64,000 nucleotides of DNA from Clostridiales bacterium (GTDB lineage: Bacteria; Bacillota; Clostridia; Christensenellales; UBA1242), in the NCBI GenBank assembly GCA_015055535.1, contig SVIA01000003.1, forward strand, positions 16,098 to 80,097, written 5' to 3'. Of the stretch, positions 20,342 through 30,441 are shown piece by piece; positions within the stretch are counted from its first letter, which is position 1; the number at the start of each line of letters is the position of its first letter. Position numbers and translations under genes: made by a program. The notes below the pieces were generated by a model, which was not told the origin of the DNA, made no database searches, and was given only the letters and a program-made list of their open reading frames with translations.

Positions 20342-21277
20342 ATGAAGCAAAGGACAATAACTGCAGCAATTATAATGGCTGTTGTATTAGCAGCATTTTT
20401 ATTAAGAGAAGTTAATGGTTATATTTTTGATGCACTTTTATGTTTGGTAATAATAGTAAGTGCTAATGAAGTAGCCAGGGTTTTTAATAGAAGTGGAAGA
20501 GTAAATGATAGTACTTTAATTACTTTTTATCCAATTTTAAATTTTATATTGTTTTATTTTTGCTTAAAAAGTAACATGTATATAAAACATATATTACTAT
20601 TAAGTTTAGCACTAATTGTTGCGTTAATGTTAGTAGAAACTGTTATTGTTTTATGTACAAAAAAACAATTGTTAAAGCAATATGAAGAATATAAAACAAC
20701 TAAAACATTTGCAAGTTTTTGTGTTAATAAAGTGTTATTAACCGGATTTATTATGCTTTATCCAGCTATGATTTTAGGTTCATTGCACTTCTTTAATCAT
20801 ATATCAGACTTTACTTATTTAAATATTGCAACAAAATTTCCTGATTTAAATATAAGTTTATTTTTGCTTTTAATTACTATAGTTACTACTATTGCAAATG
20901 ATATTTTTGCTTATTTAATTGGAAGCGCTATAAAAGGGCCAAAATTATGTCCTTTAATTAGTCCAAACAAAACAATTTCAGGTGCTATTGGTGGACTACT
21001 TGGTGGTGTAGTTTTTGGTTTTGGTGTTTATGCAATATTTATGGCTCTTGGTTTAACTGAGGCTATGATACCAGCATATATTATTATAATTTATACAATT
21101 ATTGCGGGAATTATTAGTCAACTAGGAGATATTTTTGCTTCTATTATTAAAAGAAAAGCAAGAACAAAAGACTATAGTTCTATTTTTCCAGGTCATGGCG
21201 GATTTATGGATAGACTTGATGGAATAAGCTTTAATAGTATTTTTAGTTTAGTATTTTTTATGTTATTTATTTTCTAA
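20342..21277 (+). CDS. cdsA: Phosphatidate cytidylyltransferase
   Basis: Polytopic membrane protein with C-terminal signature SIIKRKARTKDYSSIFPGHGGFMDRLD. Confidence 0.88.
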   Translation: MKQRTITAAIIMAVVLAAFLLREVNGYIFDALLCLVIIVSANEVARVFNRSGRVNDSTLITFYPILNFILFYFCLKSNMYIKHILLLSLALIVALMLVETVIVLCTKKQLLKQYEEYKTTKTFASFCVNKVLLTGFIMLYPAMILGSLHFFNHISDFTYLNIATKFPDLNISLFLLLITIVTTIANDIFAYLIGSAIKGPKLCPLISPNKTISGAIGGLLGGVVFGFGVYAIFMALGLTEAMIPAYIIIIYTIIAGIISQLGDIFASIIKRKARTKDYSSIFPGHGGFMDRLDGISFNSIFSLVFFMLFIF

Positions 21278-21310
21278 TTTAGAATATAATTATATTATAT
21301 AGTTTATATT

Positions 21311-22336
21311 TTGGGGGATATTTTGATAGTTTTATATATTTTATTAGCAGTTTTAGTCCTACTTGTAATGGTAACTATTCATGAGTTTGGACATTATGTT
21401 GCTGGCAAAATGCTTGGTTTTAAAATTAATGAGTTTTCCGTTGGTTTTGGACCAGCTATTTTTTCAAAAAAGAAAAAAAACGGTGAAATTTTCTCTTTAA
21501 GGATAATTCCACTTGGTGGTTATTGTGCTTTTGATGGGGAAGATGAAAAGAGTGAAAGTGAACAAAGCTTTATGAAACAAAAGCCATGGAAAAGATTAAT
21601 TGTTTTATTCTTTGGTGCTTTTTTCAATTTTATTAGTGCAATTATTTTTTCTTTAATACTTCTTTGTACTGTGGGGTATGATGTTCCAAAAGTAACAAAA
21701 ATTGTTGATGTTAACGGAAATATTCAAACTGAACTTAAACAAGGAGATATTATAACACATATAGATGGTGTAAAAGTTAGTTTTATAAATGGAAACACTT
21801 TTAATTCATTAATAGCTAAATTTGATAGTGGCGAAACTTTTGAAACAACAGTTATTAGAGATGGTCAAAAACAAGTAATAAATCTTACAATGTTAGAAGA
21901 TACAGATGGTAAAAAATTATTAGGTATAAATATTAAAGCTACACCTTATTCTTTTGGTGAAAGTTTACTTTTATGTGTTCCATTTACTTGTGTTTTAGCT
22001 TGGCAAATTTTAGCCTTATTTGGTCAATTATTAACAGGTGGATTAGGTTTAGCTGGTCTTGGAGGACCAATTACAACGGTTACAACAATGGCAACACTTT
22101 CTATGCAAGGAATTAGCAACTTTTTAGTCCTTCTTCCATTAATAGCAGCAAATCTTGCAGTGTTTAATTTACTTCCGTTTCCCGCATTAGATGGTTCAAA
22201 AATGGTATTTACAACTATCGAATGGATAAGAGGAAAACCTATTAATCAAAAGGTTGAAAATTGGATTCATACTATTGGATTAATTTTATTGTTTGGTGTG
22301 GTTATAATTGCAGATTTATATCATTTAATTTTTTAG
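21311..22336 (+). CDS. rseP: RseP/RasP site-2 (RIP) zinc metalloprotease
   Basis: HEFGH motif in TM1, PDZ segment, LNLLPFPALDG motif. The start codon is uncertain (non-ATG). Confidence 0.85.
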   Translation: MGDILIVLYILLAVLVLLVMVTIHEFGHYVAGKMLGFKINEFSVGFGPAIFSKKKKNGEIFSLRIIPLGGYCAFDGEDEKSESEQSFMKQKPWKRLIVLFFGAFFNFISAIIFSLILLCTVGYDVPKVTKIVDVNGNIQTELKQGDIITHIDGVKVSFINGNTFNSLIAKFDSGETFETTVIRDGQKQVINLTMLEDTDGKKLLGINIKATPYSFGESLLLCVPFTCVLAWQILALFGQLLTGGLGLAGLGGPITTVTTMATLSMQGISNFLVLLPLIAANLAVFNLLPFPALDGSKMVFTTIEWIRGKPINQKVENWIHTIGLILLFGVVIIADLYHLIF

Positions 22337-22384
22337 GTGTCGATAACACTTTTTAACAATTTAACATTTTAAATATTATTTACT

Positions 22385-23899
22385 ATGGGAAAAGAAAAAA
22401 TTTTAGAGTATTTAAAAAATAACAATATTAATTATTTAAAATTAGGCAATGTTAGTTTTAGTAAAAGTGAAAATTTGCTTTGCCTAACTTTTTTATACGA
22501 AGAAAAAAATTATGATAAAATACAACAAGAAAAAGAAAATATTATTAATCAAGTTAAAAACTATGTGAATATAGATAAAATAGAATATTTGATAAAATTC
22601 AATAAAGCTTTTTTAGATGATGAACGTTTAAAAATTTTAATTAAAGATTTTATGAAAGTTAATCACAGGTTAAGTTTTTTCTCTTTAAAAAACATAGATG
22701 TATTTTTTATTAACAATACGTTTAATGTAACATTAAATACAAGTTTAACAGAAGAAGAAAATAAAAAAATAATACAAGAACTTTTAAAATTTTTGGAAGA
22801 TAAATATTTTTATAATTTTAAAATTGACTTTAAAAATGTTGATAATTCATATAATCTTTTACAAGAACACAAATCAGAAATATTAGACAATATTTCTGAT
22901 CCTATTAAAATAAATAAAATGAAGGTTAATAAAATAGAAAATATCATTGGCGAAATATTAGAAAATACTTGTTATCCTTATGAGTATTATAAAAGCGCTG
23001 AAGAAAATATTTATTTATGTGGACATTTGGAAAGTATTGAGGAAATTGAATTTACCAAAAAAGATGGAGAAACAAAAGGTATAAGATATGCTTTAAAAGT
23101 TAAATGTTTAGACAAATTATTTAATGCTACTATATTTCCAACAAAGAAAAATTTAGAAATTGTTAAAAATATTGAAAACAATATAGATATTATTATGAAT
23201 GGTAGTTTAGATAATTTTAATAATTTTTTAACATTTAAAGTTAAAAGTTTGGCAAAATGTGTTATAGAAGATTTTGTAAAGCCAGAGATTTCTATAAACA
23301 AAGTTTATGATAAATATAAGTTTGTAACCCCTACAAAATATGAAGAAATTACACAATTAAATTTGTTTGAAAATAAAATCAGCAAAGACTATTTAATGAA
23401 TAATGAGTTCGTTGTTTTTGATTTAGAAACTACAGGGTTAGATTATATGACCGAAAAAGTAACAGAAATTGGGGCAGTAAAAATTAAAAATGGAGTAATA
23501 ACTGAAGTTTTTTCAACTTTTATTAATCCAGAAAAAGACATAGATTTTGAAATTACAAAACTTACCGGTATTACTAATGAAATGGTTAAAAACGCTCCAA
23601 AACTTGAAAATGTTATACCAGATTTTTATAAATTTTGCAATGGTGCAATATTAGTTGCTCAAAATATTCAATTTGACTTTGGTTTTATAGATTATTATTC
23701 TAGACAAATAAATTATGTATTTGATCATGAGAAAAATGATACTATGATTTTAGCTAAGAAGAATATGTTTTTGAAAAATTATAAATTAAAAACAATAGCC
23801 GAAAGTTTAAATGTTCCATTGATTAATGCTCATAGGGCAATAAATGATGCATTAGCTACCGCTAAAGTTTTTATAAAACTTGTTGAAAAATATTATTAA
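22385..23899 (+). CDS. PolC-derived protein: PolC-like N-terminal region, OB fold and DEDDh 3'-5' exonuclease, with no PHP or polymerase domains
   Basis: Exo I FVVFDLETTGL, Exo II VAQNIQFDFGFI, Exo III HRAINDALATAKVF closely resemble the PolC proofreading insert. Residues ~205-300 fit the PolC OB-domain pattern. The gene occupies the polC slot between rseP and rimP. Confidence 0.75.
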   Translation: MGKEKILEYLKNNNINYLKLGNVSFSKSENLLCLTFLYEEKNYDKIQQEKENIINQVKNYVNIDKIEYLIKFNKAFLDDERLKILIKDFMKVNHRLSFFSLKNIDVFFINNTFNVTLNTSLTEEENKKIIQELLKFLEDKYFYNFKIDFKNVDNSYNLLQEHKSEILDNISDPIKINKMKVNKIENIIGEILENTCYPYEYYKSAEENIYLCGHLESIEEIEFTKKDGETKGIRYALKVKCLDKLFNATIFPTKKNLEIVKNIENNIDIIMNGSLDNFNNFLTFKVKSLAKCVIEDFVKPEISINKVYDKYKFVTPTKYEEITQLNLFENKISKDYLMNNEFVVFDLETTGLDYMTEKVTEIGAVKIKNGVITEVFSTFINPEKDIDFEITKLTGITNEMVKNAPKLENVIPDFYKFCNGAILVAQNIQFDFGFIDYYSRQINYVFDHEKNDTMILAKKNMFLKNYKLKTIAESLNVPLINAHRAINDALATAKVFIKLVEKYY

Positions 23900-23904
23900 A
23901 AGTG

Positions 23905-23975
23905 TTGCAATTTTCTTTTTAATATGTTAAAATACTATTACTAAGTTAGGAGTGGGCAAAAAGGTCCGCTCCTAA
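23905..23975 (+). promoter_or_regulatory. rimP-nusA-infB operon promoter and G+C-rich leader hairpin (candidate rimP-leader element)
   Basis: TTGCAA (23905-10), 17 nt, TGtTAAAAT (-10 at 23928-33). 10-bp hairpin TTAGGAGTGG (23946-55) / CCGCTCCTAA (23966-75). Confidence 0.35.
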
Positions 23976-24000
23976 TTGTTGAAAAAGGGGGATATTTAAT

Positions 24001-24465
24001 TTGGAGAAAAACATCTTGAATATAGATGATTGTTTGTCTAAAATTTTTAATTTGGCAAAACCAATTGTTGAAAACTTGAATTATGAGTTAGTAGATGTAA
24101 CTTATAGTGAAATTGAAGATGAAAGATATTTTACAATAGTTATTTATAATGAAAAAGGAATAACTTTTGAAGATTGTAAGAAGGTATCAAAAGCTTTAGA
24201 TGAACCATTAGATGAATTAAATCCAACCAACGATTTAAGTTATAGTTTAAATGTTTCGTCACTTGGATTAGATAGACCTTTAAAAACGGTTAGAGATTTT
24301 GAAAGATTTTTGAATAAAGAAATAGAAATTTATTCTAATAATCAAAAAATTGTTGGAGTACTACTTGAAATTTTAACAGATTCAGTTAAACTTAAAGTAA
24401 AAAATACAACAAAAACAATTAAATTTAGTCAAATTGATAAGGCTATGCCTTACATTAAATTTTAA
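24001..24465 (+). CDS. rimP: Ribosome maturation factor RimP
   Basis: 154 aa, LEVSSLGLDRPL-type motif (LNVSSLGLDRPLK), upstream of nusA. TTG start after GGGGGA. Confidence 0.85.
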   Translation: MEKNILNIDDCLSKIFNLAKPIVENLNYELVDVTYSEIEDERYFTIVIYNEKGITFEDCKKVSKALDEPLDELNPTNDLSYSLNVSSLGLDRPLKTVRDFERFLNKEIEIYSNNQKIVGVLLEILTDSVKLKVKNTTKTIKFSQIDKAMPYIKF

Positions 24466-24479
24466 GGAGATAAAATATT

Positions 24480-25583
24480 ATGATTAGTAAAGATTTTTTT
24501 CAAGCATTAGAAGATTTTGAAACTGAAAGAAAAATTAGCAAAACAGAATTTATAAAAGCGTTAGAAACAGCATTAACTTCTGCTTACAAAAAACACATTG
24601 GTGAAGCAAAAATGGCAAGTGTTAAATTAAATCCTGAAAAACACACTATTAAAGTTTATAGTTATAAAGAAGTAAAAGAAGTTGTTGAAGATCCTGATAA
24701 AGAAATTAGTTTAGAAGATGCAAAACAAATTAAAAAATCTTATAAAATAGGTGATTTAGTAGAAAAAGAAGAAACACCTAAAGATTTTGGTAGAATTGCT
24801 GCTCAAACAGCTAAACAAGTTGTTATGCAAAAATTAAGAGAGTTAGAAAGAGGCAGAATGATTGCTGAAATAACTGAAAAAGAAGATGAATTAGTTACTG
24901 GTATTATTAGAAGAATTGAAGGTAAAAATGTTTTTGTTGAAATTGGAAGTAACAATTTAGAAGCTATACTTTCTGAACAAGACCAAATTAAAGGTGAAAA
25001 ATATTATATTAATTCTAAAATAAAAGTTTATGTTAAAAAAATTAAAGATGATAATAAATCTTCTTTAGTTCAAGTATCTAGAGCTAATACTGGGTTTGTT
25101 AAAAAATTATTTGAACTTGAAGTTCCAGAAATCCAAAATGGTGAAGTGGAAATTAAAGGTATTTCTAGAGAAGCGGGCGCTAGAACTAAAATAGCTGTTT
25201 TTGCTAAAAATGAAAATATTGATGCTGTTGGTGCTTGCGTAGGAAATCGTGGAATGAGAATTAACAATATTGTTAATGAATTAAATGGCGAAAAAGTTGA
25301 TATTATTTTATATAGTGATGATCCGCTTGAATATGTTGCAAGAGCTTTAAGTCCAGGAAAAGTAAATAGTGTTTGTTTTGTAGATGAAAAAACAACAAGA
25401 GCAATTGTTCCTAATGATAAATTATCTTTGGCTATTGGTGCTAACGGATTAAATGTAAGACTTGCAGCTAAACTTACTGGTATTAAGATTGATGTTAAAC
25501 CTGAAAGTTTTATTGAAGAAAAACCAGTTATTAACACTTTTGATGAAATTGAAACAGATTTAGATGATATGTTTAAGGATTAA
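24480..25583 (+). CDS. nusA: Transcription termination/antitermination factor NusA
   Basis: N-terminal domain, S1 and two KH domains (GACVGNRGMRINNIVNEL...LAIGANGLNVRLA). Confidence 0.96.
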   Translation: MISKDFFQALEDFETERKISKTEFIKALETALTSAYKKHIGEAKMASVKLNPEKHTIKVYSYKEVKEVVEDPDKEISLEDAKQIKKSYKIGDLVEKEETPKDFGRIAAQTAKQVVMQKLRELERGRMIAEITEKEDELVTGIIRRIEGKNVFVEIGSNNLEAILSEQDQIKGEKYYINSKIKVYVKKIKDDNKSSLVQVSRANTGFVKKLFELEVPEIQNGEVEIKGISREAGARTKIAVFAKNENIDAVGACVGNRGMRINNIVNELNGEKVDIILYSDDPLEYVARALSPGKVNSVCFVDEKTTRAIVPNDKLSLAIGANGLNVRLAAKLTGIKIDVKPESFIEEKPVINTFDEIETDLDDMFKD

Positions 25584-25584
25584 T

Positions 25585-25830
25585 ATGAAAAATATTAGAA
25601 CTTGTATCGCTTGTAGAAAAAAATTTGATAAAACCAATCACAATTTTATTAAAATTACAATAAACGAGAATAATTGCATAATTAATAATGATAATTCTGT
25701 GTTTGGTCGTAGCTGTTATATTTGTAAAGATGAAAATTGTATAAAAAAAGTTATAAAAAATAAAATTATTAATAAGGTATTAAAAAAACCAATAGATAAT
25801 AATATATATGAAAAATTAAATTTAATTTAA
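25585..25830 (+). CDS. ylxR: YlxR (DUF448) RNA-binding protein
   Basis: MKNIRTCIACRKK... Cys pattern. ATG 25585 preferred over the upstream track start at 25564. Confidence 0.8.
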   Translation: MKNIRTCIACRKKFDKTNHNFIKITINENNCIINNDNSVFGRSCYICKDENCIKKVIKNKIINKVLKKPIDNNIYEKLNLI

Positions 25831-25838
25831 GGGGCTTT

Positions 25839-28283
25839 ATGGCAATTAAAGAAGAAAATAACAAAATTGAAAATATTAAAAAATTAGAAAGTGTATTGCA
25901 AAGTAAATCTATTAAAGAAAGTATTAAACAACTAGAAGATGCAAAAAATCTTTTAGAGAGTTTTTATGGCAAAATAAGTGAAAAATTTAATTCTATTAAA
26001 ATTAAAAAATTAGAAGAAGAAAGAGAAAGAGAAAAGGAAGCTAAGCAAGAAGCAATTAAACAAGCTAATCCTATAAAAATAGTAAATTCTGAAAATAATA
26101 CAAATAATAATCGTTTTGCTAATAAAAACAATACTTTCCAAAATCGTCAAAATAAACCATTTAATAATAATGGTGCTTTTGCTAGATCAAACAGCTTTAA
26201 AAACGAAAGATCATTTGGTGATAAACCATTTAATAAAGGCGAAAAACCTAGTTTTGTTAATAAATCAGCAAACTTTAAAGCTGGAACAAAACCAGGAGTT
26301 AAATCTATTAAACCTTCTTTTGTAGAGCCAATTATAAATATTAAAGAAAAAGAAAGAGTATTTAAAAATAAGAAAAAACCGGTAGAACAAACTCAAGAAA
26401 AGAAAGCTTTAAGTAAAAAAGCTCAATTTAAAATGAGTTTGGTTAATGATGATTTAAACGAAACAGTTAAATATAGAAGAGTAAAAACTAAAAAAGATGT
26501 TAAAGAAACAGAACATATTATTACAACAATAGAAAAAGCAATTATGGATACTGAAAATATTACAGTTAAAGATTTAAGTGAAAAAATTGGTAAACCAGTT
26601 GCTGAAATAGTAAAAAAACTTTTTGTTTTAGGTATTATGAGTACTATTAATAGTAGTATAGATTTTGATACTGCTGAACTTGTTTCTAATGAGCTTGGTG
26701 TTACACTTGAATACAAAAAACCTGAAACTTTTGAAGAAAAATTATCTAAAATAATTGAAAATTCTGATGAAGAAGAAAAACTTACAAAAAGAGCACCAGT
26801 TGTTACTGTTATGGGACACGTTGACCATGGTAAAACTTCACTTTTAGATGCTATTAGAAAAACTAATGTTATTAGTGGTGAGGCTGGCGGTATAACACAA
26901 CATATTGGGGCTTATACCGTTAAAGCTAACGGTCAAATGATTACTTTTATTGATACTCCTGGTCATGCTGCTTTTACGGCTATGAGAGAAAGAGGCGCAA
27001 ACATTACTGACGTTGCTATTTTAGTTGTAGCGGCAGATGATGGTATTATGCCACAAACATTAGAGGCAATTAAACACATTAAAAATGCTGGCGTTCCAAT
27101 GATTGTTGCTATTAACAAAATTGACAAACCTACAGCCAACATTGATAAAGTCAAACAACAACTTGCTGATCATGATGTTTTATCTGATGAATGGGGTGGA
27201 GACACTATAATGGTTCCAATATCAGCAAAAGGAAATCAAAATATAGATAAATTATTAGAAATGGTAATTTTACAAGCAGATGTTTTAGATTTAAAAGCAA
27301 ATCCTGAAAGAAAAGCAATGGGAACTGTTATAGAAGCTAAAATAGATAAAGGTAAAGGCCCTGTTGCTACAATTTTAGTTCAAAACGGCACATTAAAGGT
27401 TGGAGATACAATTATTACAGGTTTAGCTGTTGGTAGAATTAGAGCAATGTTTGATGAAAATGGAAAATCAGTTAAATCAGCTGGTCCTAGTGTTCCTGTA
27501 TCAGTTCTTGGATTAAGTGAAGTACCTCAAGCTGGTGATACTTTGCATGCTGTAGATGAAAAACTTTCTAAACAAATTTTAGAAGAAAGAAAAACAAAAC
27601 TTCAAAGGGAAAGAGTTTCAAACGCTAGTGGTGTTTCTGCTGAAGATTTATTCCATAAGGCAGAAGATAATATGAAAAAACAATTAAATGTTATTATAAA
27701 AGCTGACGTTCAAGGATCTTGTGAGGCGTTAACAGATAGTATTAATGAAATTACAAGTGATGAAGTTAAAATTAATGTTATTAGTCATACAGTTGGTCAT
27801 GTTAATGAAACAGATGTAACATTAGCTAGTACTGCTAATGCAATTATTGTTTGTTTTAACACTAAAGCTGATAATAAAGCAAAAGATTTAATTGATAGAA
27901 ACAAAGTAGAAGTTTATTATTCAAGAGTTCTTTATGATGTTATTGACTTTTTAACAGAAAGAATGAAATCTATGTTTGAACCAAAATATAAAGAAGTTTA
28001 TACTGGTAAAGCTGAAGTTAGAATGGTTTATAAAATCACAGGCGTTGGTTTTGTTGCTGGAAGTTATGTGTTAGATGGTAAAATTTCTAGAAACTGTAAA
28101 ACTTATGTAATTAGAAATGGTGAAACTATAGGATCATATAATTTAGAAAGCTTAAAAATAAGAAAAGATGATGTTAAAGAAGTTGGTTATGGCTTTGAAT
28201 GTGGTATTAGACTTGCTAAATTTGAAGAATTACAAGCAGGAGATATAATTGAAGCTTATAATCTAGAAAAAATTGTATTTTAG
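25839..28283 (+). CDS. infB: Translation initiation factor IF-2
   Basis: Low-complexity N-terminus, then the GTPase (VMGHVDHGKTSLLD, DTPGH, NKID) and C-terminal domains. Confidence 0.98.
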   Translation: MAIKEENNKIENIKKLESVLQSKSIKESIKQLEDAKNLLESFYGKISEKFNSIKIKKLEEEREREKEAKQEAIKQANPIKIVNSENNTNNNRFANKNNTFQNRQNKPFNNNGAFARSNSFKNERSFGDKPFNKGEKPSFVNKSANFKAGTKPGVKSIKPSFVEPIINIKEKERVFKNKKKPVEQTQEKKALSKKAQFKMSLVNDDLNETVKYRRVKTKKDVKETEHIITTIEKAIMDTENITVKDLSEKIGKPVAEIVKKLFVLGIMSTINSSIDFDTAELVSNELGVTLEYKKPETFEEKLSKIIENSDEEEKLTKRAPVVTVMGHVDHGKTSLLDAIRKTNVISGEAGGITQHIGAYTVKANGQMITFIDTPGHAAFTAMRERGANITDVAILVVAADDGIMPQTLEAIKHIKNAGVPMIVAINKIDKPTANIDKVKQQLADHDVLSDEWGGDTIMVPISAKGNQNIDKLLEMVILQADVLDLKANPERKAMGTVIEAKIDKGKGPVATILVQNGTLKVGDTIITGLAVGRIRAMFDENGKSVKSAGPSVPVSVLGLSEVPQAGDTLHAVDEKLSKQILEERKTKLQRERVSNASGVSAEDLFHKAEDNMKKQLNVIIKADVQGSCEALTDSINEITSDEVKINVISHTVGHVNETDVTLASTANAIIVCFNTKADNKAKDLIDRNKVEVYYSRVLYDVIDFLTERMKSMFEPKYKEVYTGKAEVRMVYKITGVGFVAGSYVLDGKISRNCKTYVIRNGETIGSYNLESLKIRKDDVKEVGYGFECGIRLAKFEELQAGDIIEAYNLEKIVF

Positions 28284-28291
28284 GAGTTATA

Positions 28292-28648
28292 ATGGCAAAT
28301 AGAATTTTAAAAATTAATAGCGAAATTCAAAAAGAATTATCAAAATTAATTTCTTATTCTTTAAAAGACCCAAGATTAGAAGGTGTGTTTGTTAGCGTTT
28401 TATCGGTTGATACAACTAATGAATTAAGCTATTCAAAAATTAAAATTAGTGTTTTTCCAGATAATAAAAAAGAACAAACTTTTAATATAATTAGAAGTAG
28501 TGTGCCTTTTTTAAGAAAAGAATTGGCTAAAAACATTAAGCTTAGAGTTGTTCCTGAACTAATTTTTAGTTTAGATGAGGGTTATCAACACGAAAATAAG
28601 ATAAATCAATTACTAAAGGAAATTAAAAAAGATGCTAAAAACGATTAA
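28292..28648 (+). CDS. rbfA: Ribosome-binding factor A
   Basis: 118 aa, KH-like RbfA pattern, follows infB. Confidence 0.9.
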   Translation: MANRILKINSEIQKELSKLISYSLKDPRLEGVFVSVLSVDTTNELSYSKIKISVFPDNKKEQTFNIIRSSVPFLRKELAKNIKLRVVPELIFSLDEGYQHENKINQLLKEIKKDAKND

Positions 28649-29582
28649 AAGTTTAATAGATACATCAAAAACAGTTGCAATATTTTTTCATATTAATCCC
28701 GATGGTGACGCGGTGGGTTCAAGTCTTGCGTTAAAATTTGGTTTAGAACAAATGGGAAAAACAGTAACTGTTTTTTCTTCTGATGAAATTTCAGATGAAT
28801 TAGATTTTTTAAATTATAGAAGTATAAAAATACATACAACAAATGAAAAATTTGACTTAGCTATTGTGTTAGATTGTCCAGATATTAAACGAATTGGCTC
28901 AATGATAGATGTTTATAAAAATTGTAAGAAAACATTAAATATTGATCATCATTTAAATAATATGCATTTTGCTGATGTTACGCTTGTGGACCCAAAAGCA
29001 AGTTCTACATGTGAAATTTTATATTTTTTGTTAAAAGATTTGGGTGTGAAATTTAATAAAGATATAAGTAAATCTTTGTATACTGGTTTAGCAACTGATA
29101 GTGGTTGTTTTATGTATAATATTACCAAATCTCTACATAGTATAGCCGAATTATTAATTGAAAATATTGATAATGTTGAACAAATAAATTACAAATTATT
29201 TAGAGAAAAGAAAAAAGAAGATTTGGCTTTATATGCTGAAGCAATAAGCAGACTTGAATATTATTATAATAACAAATTTGCAATAACTTATGTTACTACT
29301 AAAGATTTTGAAAAGCTACAAACTACAGATGAAAGTACTCCTGGATTAATATTTTTATTATCAGGTTTAAAAGATATAGACATTTTATGTGTTATGTGTG
29401 AAGAACCAGGTGCTAAATATAAAGTAGCCTTTAGAAGCAATACAACAAATGTTTGCAATTTTGCATCGCTTTTTGGTGGTGGTGGTCACAAATTTGCATC
29501 AGGTTGTAAAATATATGGAACAAAAAATACGGTTAAAAAGAAAATTTTAGAAAAAGCAAGGGAATTCTTATGCACGGAATAA
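28632..29582 (+). CDS. nrnA: DHH/DHHA1 phosphoesterase (NrnA-like nanoRNase / pAp phosphatase)
   Basis: HINPDGDAVGS, DHH (IDHH), GGGGHKFASG motifs. Confidence 0.8.
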   Translation: MLKTIKSLIDTSKTVAIFFHINPDGDAVGSSLALKFGLEQMGKTVTVFSSDEISDELDFLNYRSIKIHTTNEKFDLAIVLDCPDIKRIGSMIDVYKNCKKTLNIDHHLNNMHFADVTLVDPKASSTCEILYFLLKDLGVKFNKDISKSLYTGLATDSGCFMYNITKSLHSIAELLIENIDNVEQINYKLFREKKKEDLALYAEAISRLEYYYNNKFAITYVTTKDFEKLQTTDESTPGLIFLLSGLKDIDILCVMCEEPGAKYKVAFRSNTTNVCNFASLFGGGGHKFASGCKIYGTKNTVKKKILEKAREFLCTE

Positions 29583-30433
29583 TAAATATATATAAACCTT
29601 GTGGAATGAGTAGTAACTATGTTTTAACAATTTTAAAGAAAAGTTTAAATATAAAAAAACTTGGTCATTTGGGAACGTTAGATCCGTTAGCTTGTGGCGT
29701 TTTACCAGTAATGGTAAACAAAGGAACAAAGTTATTTGATTTTTATTTAAACAAATCAAAAGTTTATCGTGCAATTTTTACTTTTGGTATTGAAACTGAT
29801 ACATTAGATAGTGAAGGAAAAATTATTAATAAAAACAATAATATTCCAAATGAAACTCAAATTAATGAAACAATTAAAAAGTTTATTGGTAAAATTAATC
29901 AGATTCCACCAATTTTTAGTGCTAAAAAGATAAATGGGCAAACCGCATATAATTTAGCAAGGAATGGCGAAAATATTGAATTAAAACCCAAAGAAGTTGA
30001 AATTTTTGACTTTAAGCTAATAAAACAAATTAATAAAAATAGTTTTTTGTTTGAAATTAAATGTAGTAGTGGAACATATATTAGAAGTATTGCAAGAGAT
30101 TTAGCCAAAGCTTTAAATACTTGTGCTTTTATGAGCGCATTAATAAGGTTGGAAAGTGGTGAATTTAATATTTTTAGTGCAACCTATGTTAAAGAATTGA
30201 CAAAAGAAAATTTTAATGATAAAATAATTGAGTTGGGAAATTTATTAATTGACCGAGAAAAATTAGATTTAAATTCATCTTATTATAAAGCATTGTCAAA
30301 TGGTGTTAAAATAGATATAGACCATAAGAATAAAGATAATTTAGTTATTTTTTGTAATAACGAGCTAATTGGACTTGGAAATATTGTTGATAAAAAACTA
30401 ACAATTAAAACTAATTTACAGATTAAAAATTAA
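29570..30433 (+). CDS. truB: tRNA pseudouridine55 synthase
   Basis: GHLGTLDPLACGVLPV catalytic-Asp motif. Confidence 0.92.
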   Translation: MHGIINIYKPCGMSSNYVLTILKKSLNIKKLGHLGTLDPLACGVLPVMVNKGTKLFDFYLNKSKVYRAIFTFGIETDTLDSEGKIINKNNNIPNETQINETIKKFIGKINQIPPIFSAKKINGQTAYNLARNGENIELKPKEVEIFDFKLIKQINKNSFLFEIKCSSGTYIRSIARDLAKALNTCAFMSALIRLESGEFNIFSATYVKELTKENFNDKIIELGNLLIDREKLDLNSSYYKALSNGVKIDIDHKNKDNLVIFCNNELIGLGNIVDKKLTIKTNLQIKN

Positions 30434-30441
30434 GGGTAAAC

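Noticed and set aside
25070-25537. 155-aa antisense ORF inside nusA, and the other shadow ORFs in the track: 6015-6221, 9340-9567, 12376-12651, 15547-15768, 19042-19332, 23011-23301, 26423-26716, 26963-27154, 29568-29774, 29899-30108, 35016-35345, 35426-35662, 37084-37386, 37851-38042, 40934-41254, 42110-42310, 43377-43613, 43791-43994, 44847-45062, 45732-46007, 48013-48294, 50687-50890, 52424-52609, 56449-56793, 61110-61319, 61467-61649, 63789-63989
   Set aside because: All lie entirely within, and antisense to, well-supported conserved genes. They have Ser/Leu/Phe/Ile-rich translations typical of the reverse frame of AT-rich coding DNA, and they lack RBS.
26116-26325. 69-aa same-strand alternative-frame ORF inside infB
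   Set aside because: It lies in the low-complexity N-terminal region of IF-2, has no RBS, and its composition is an artefact of the repeat-like sequence.
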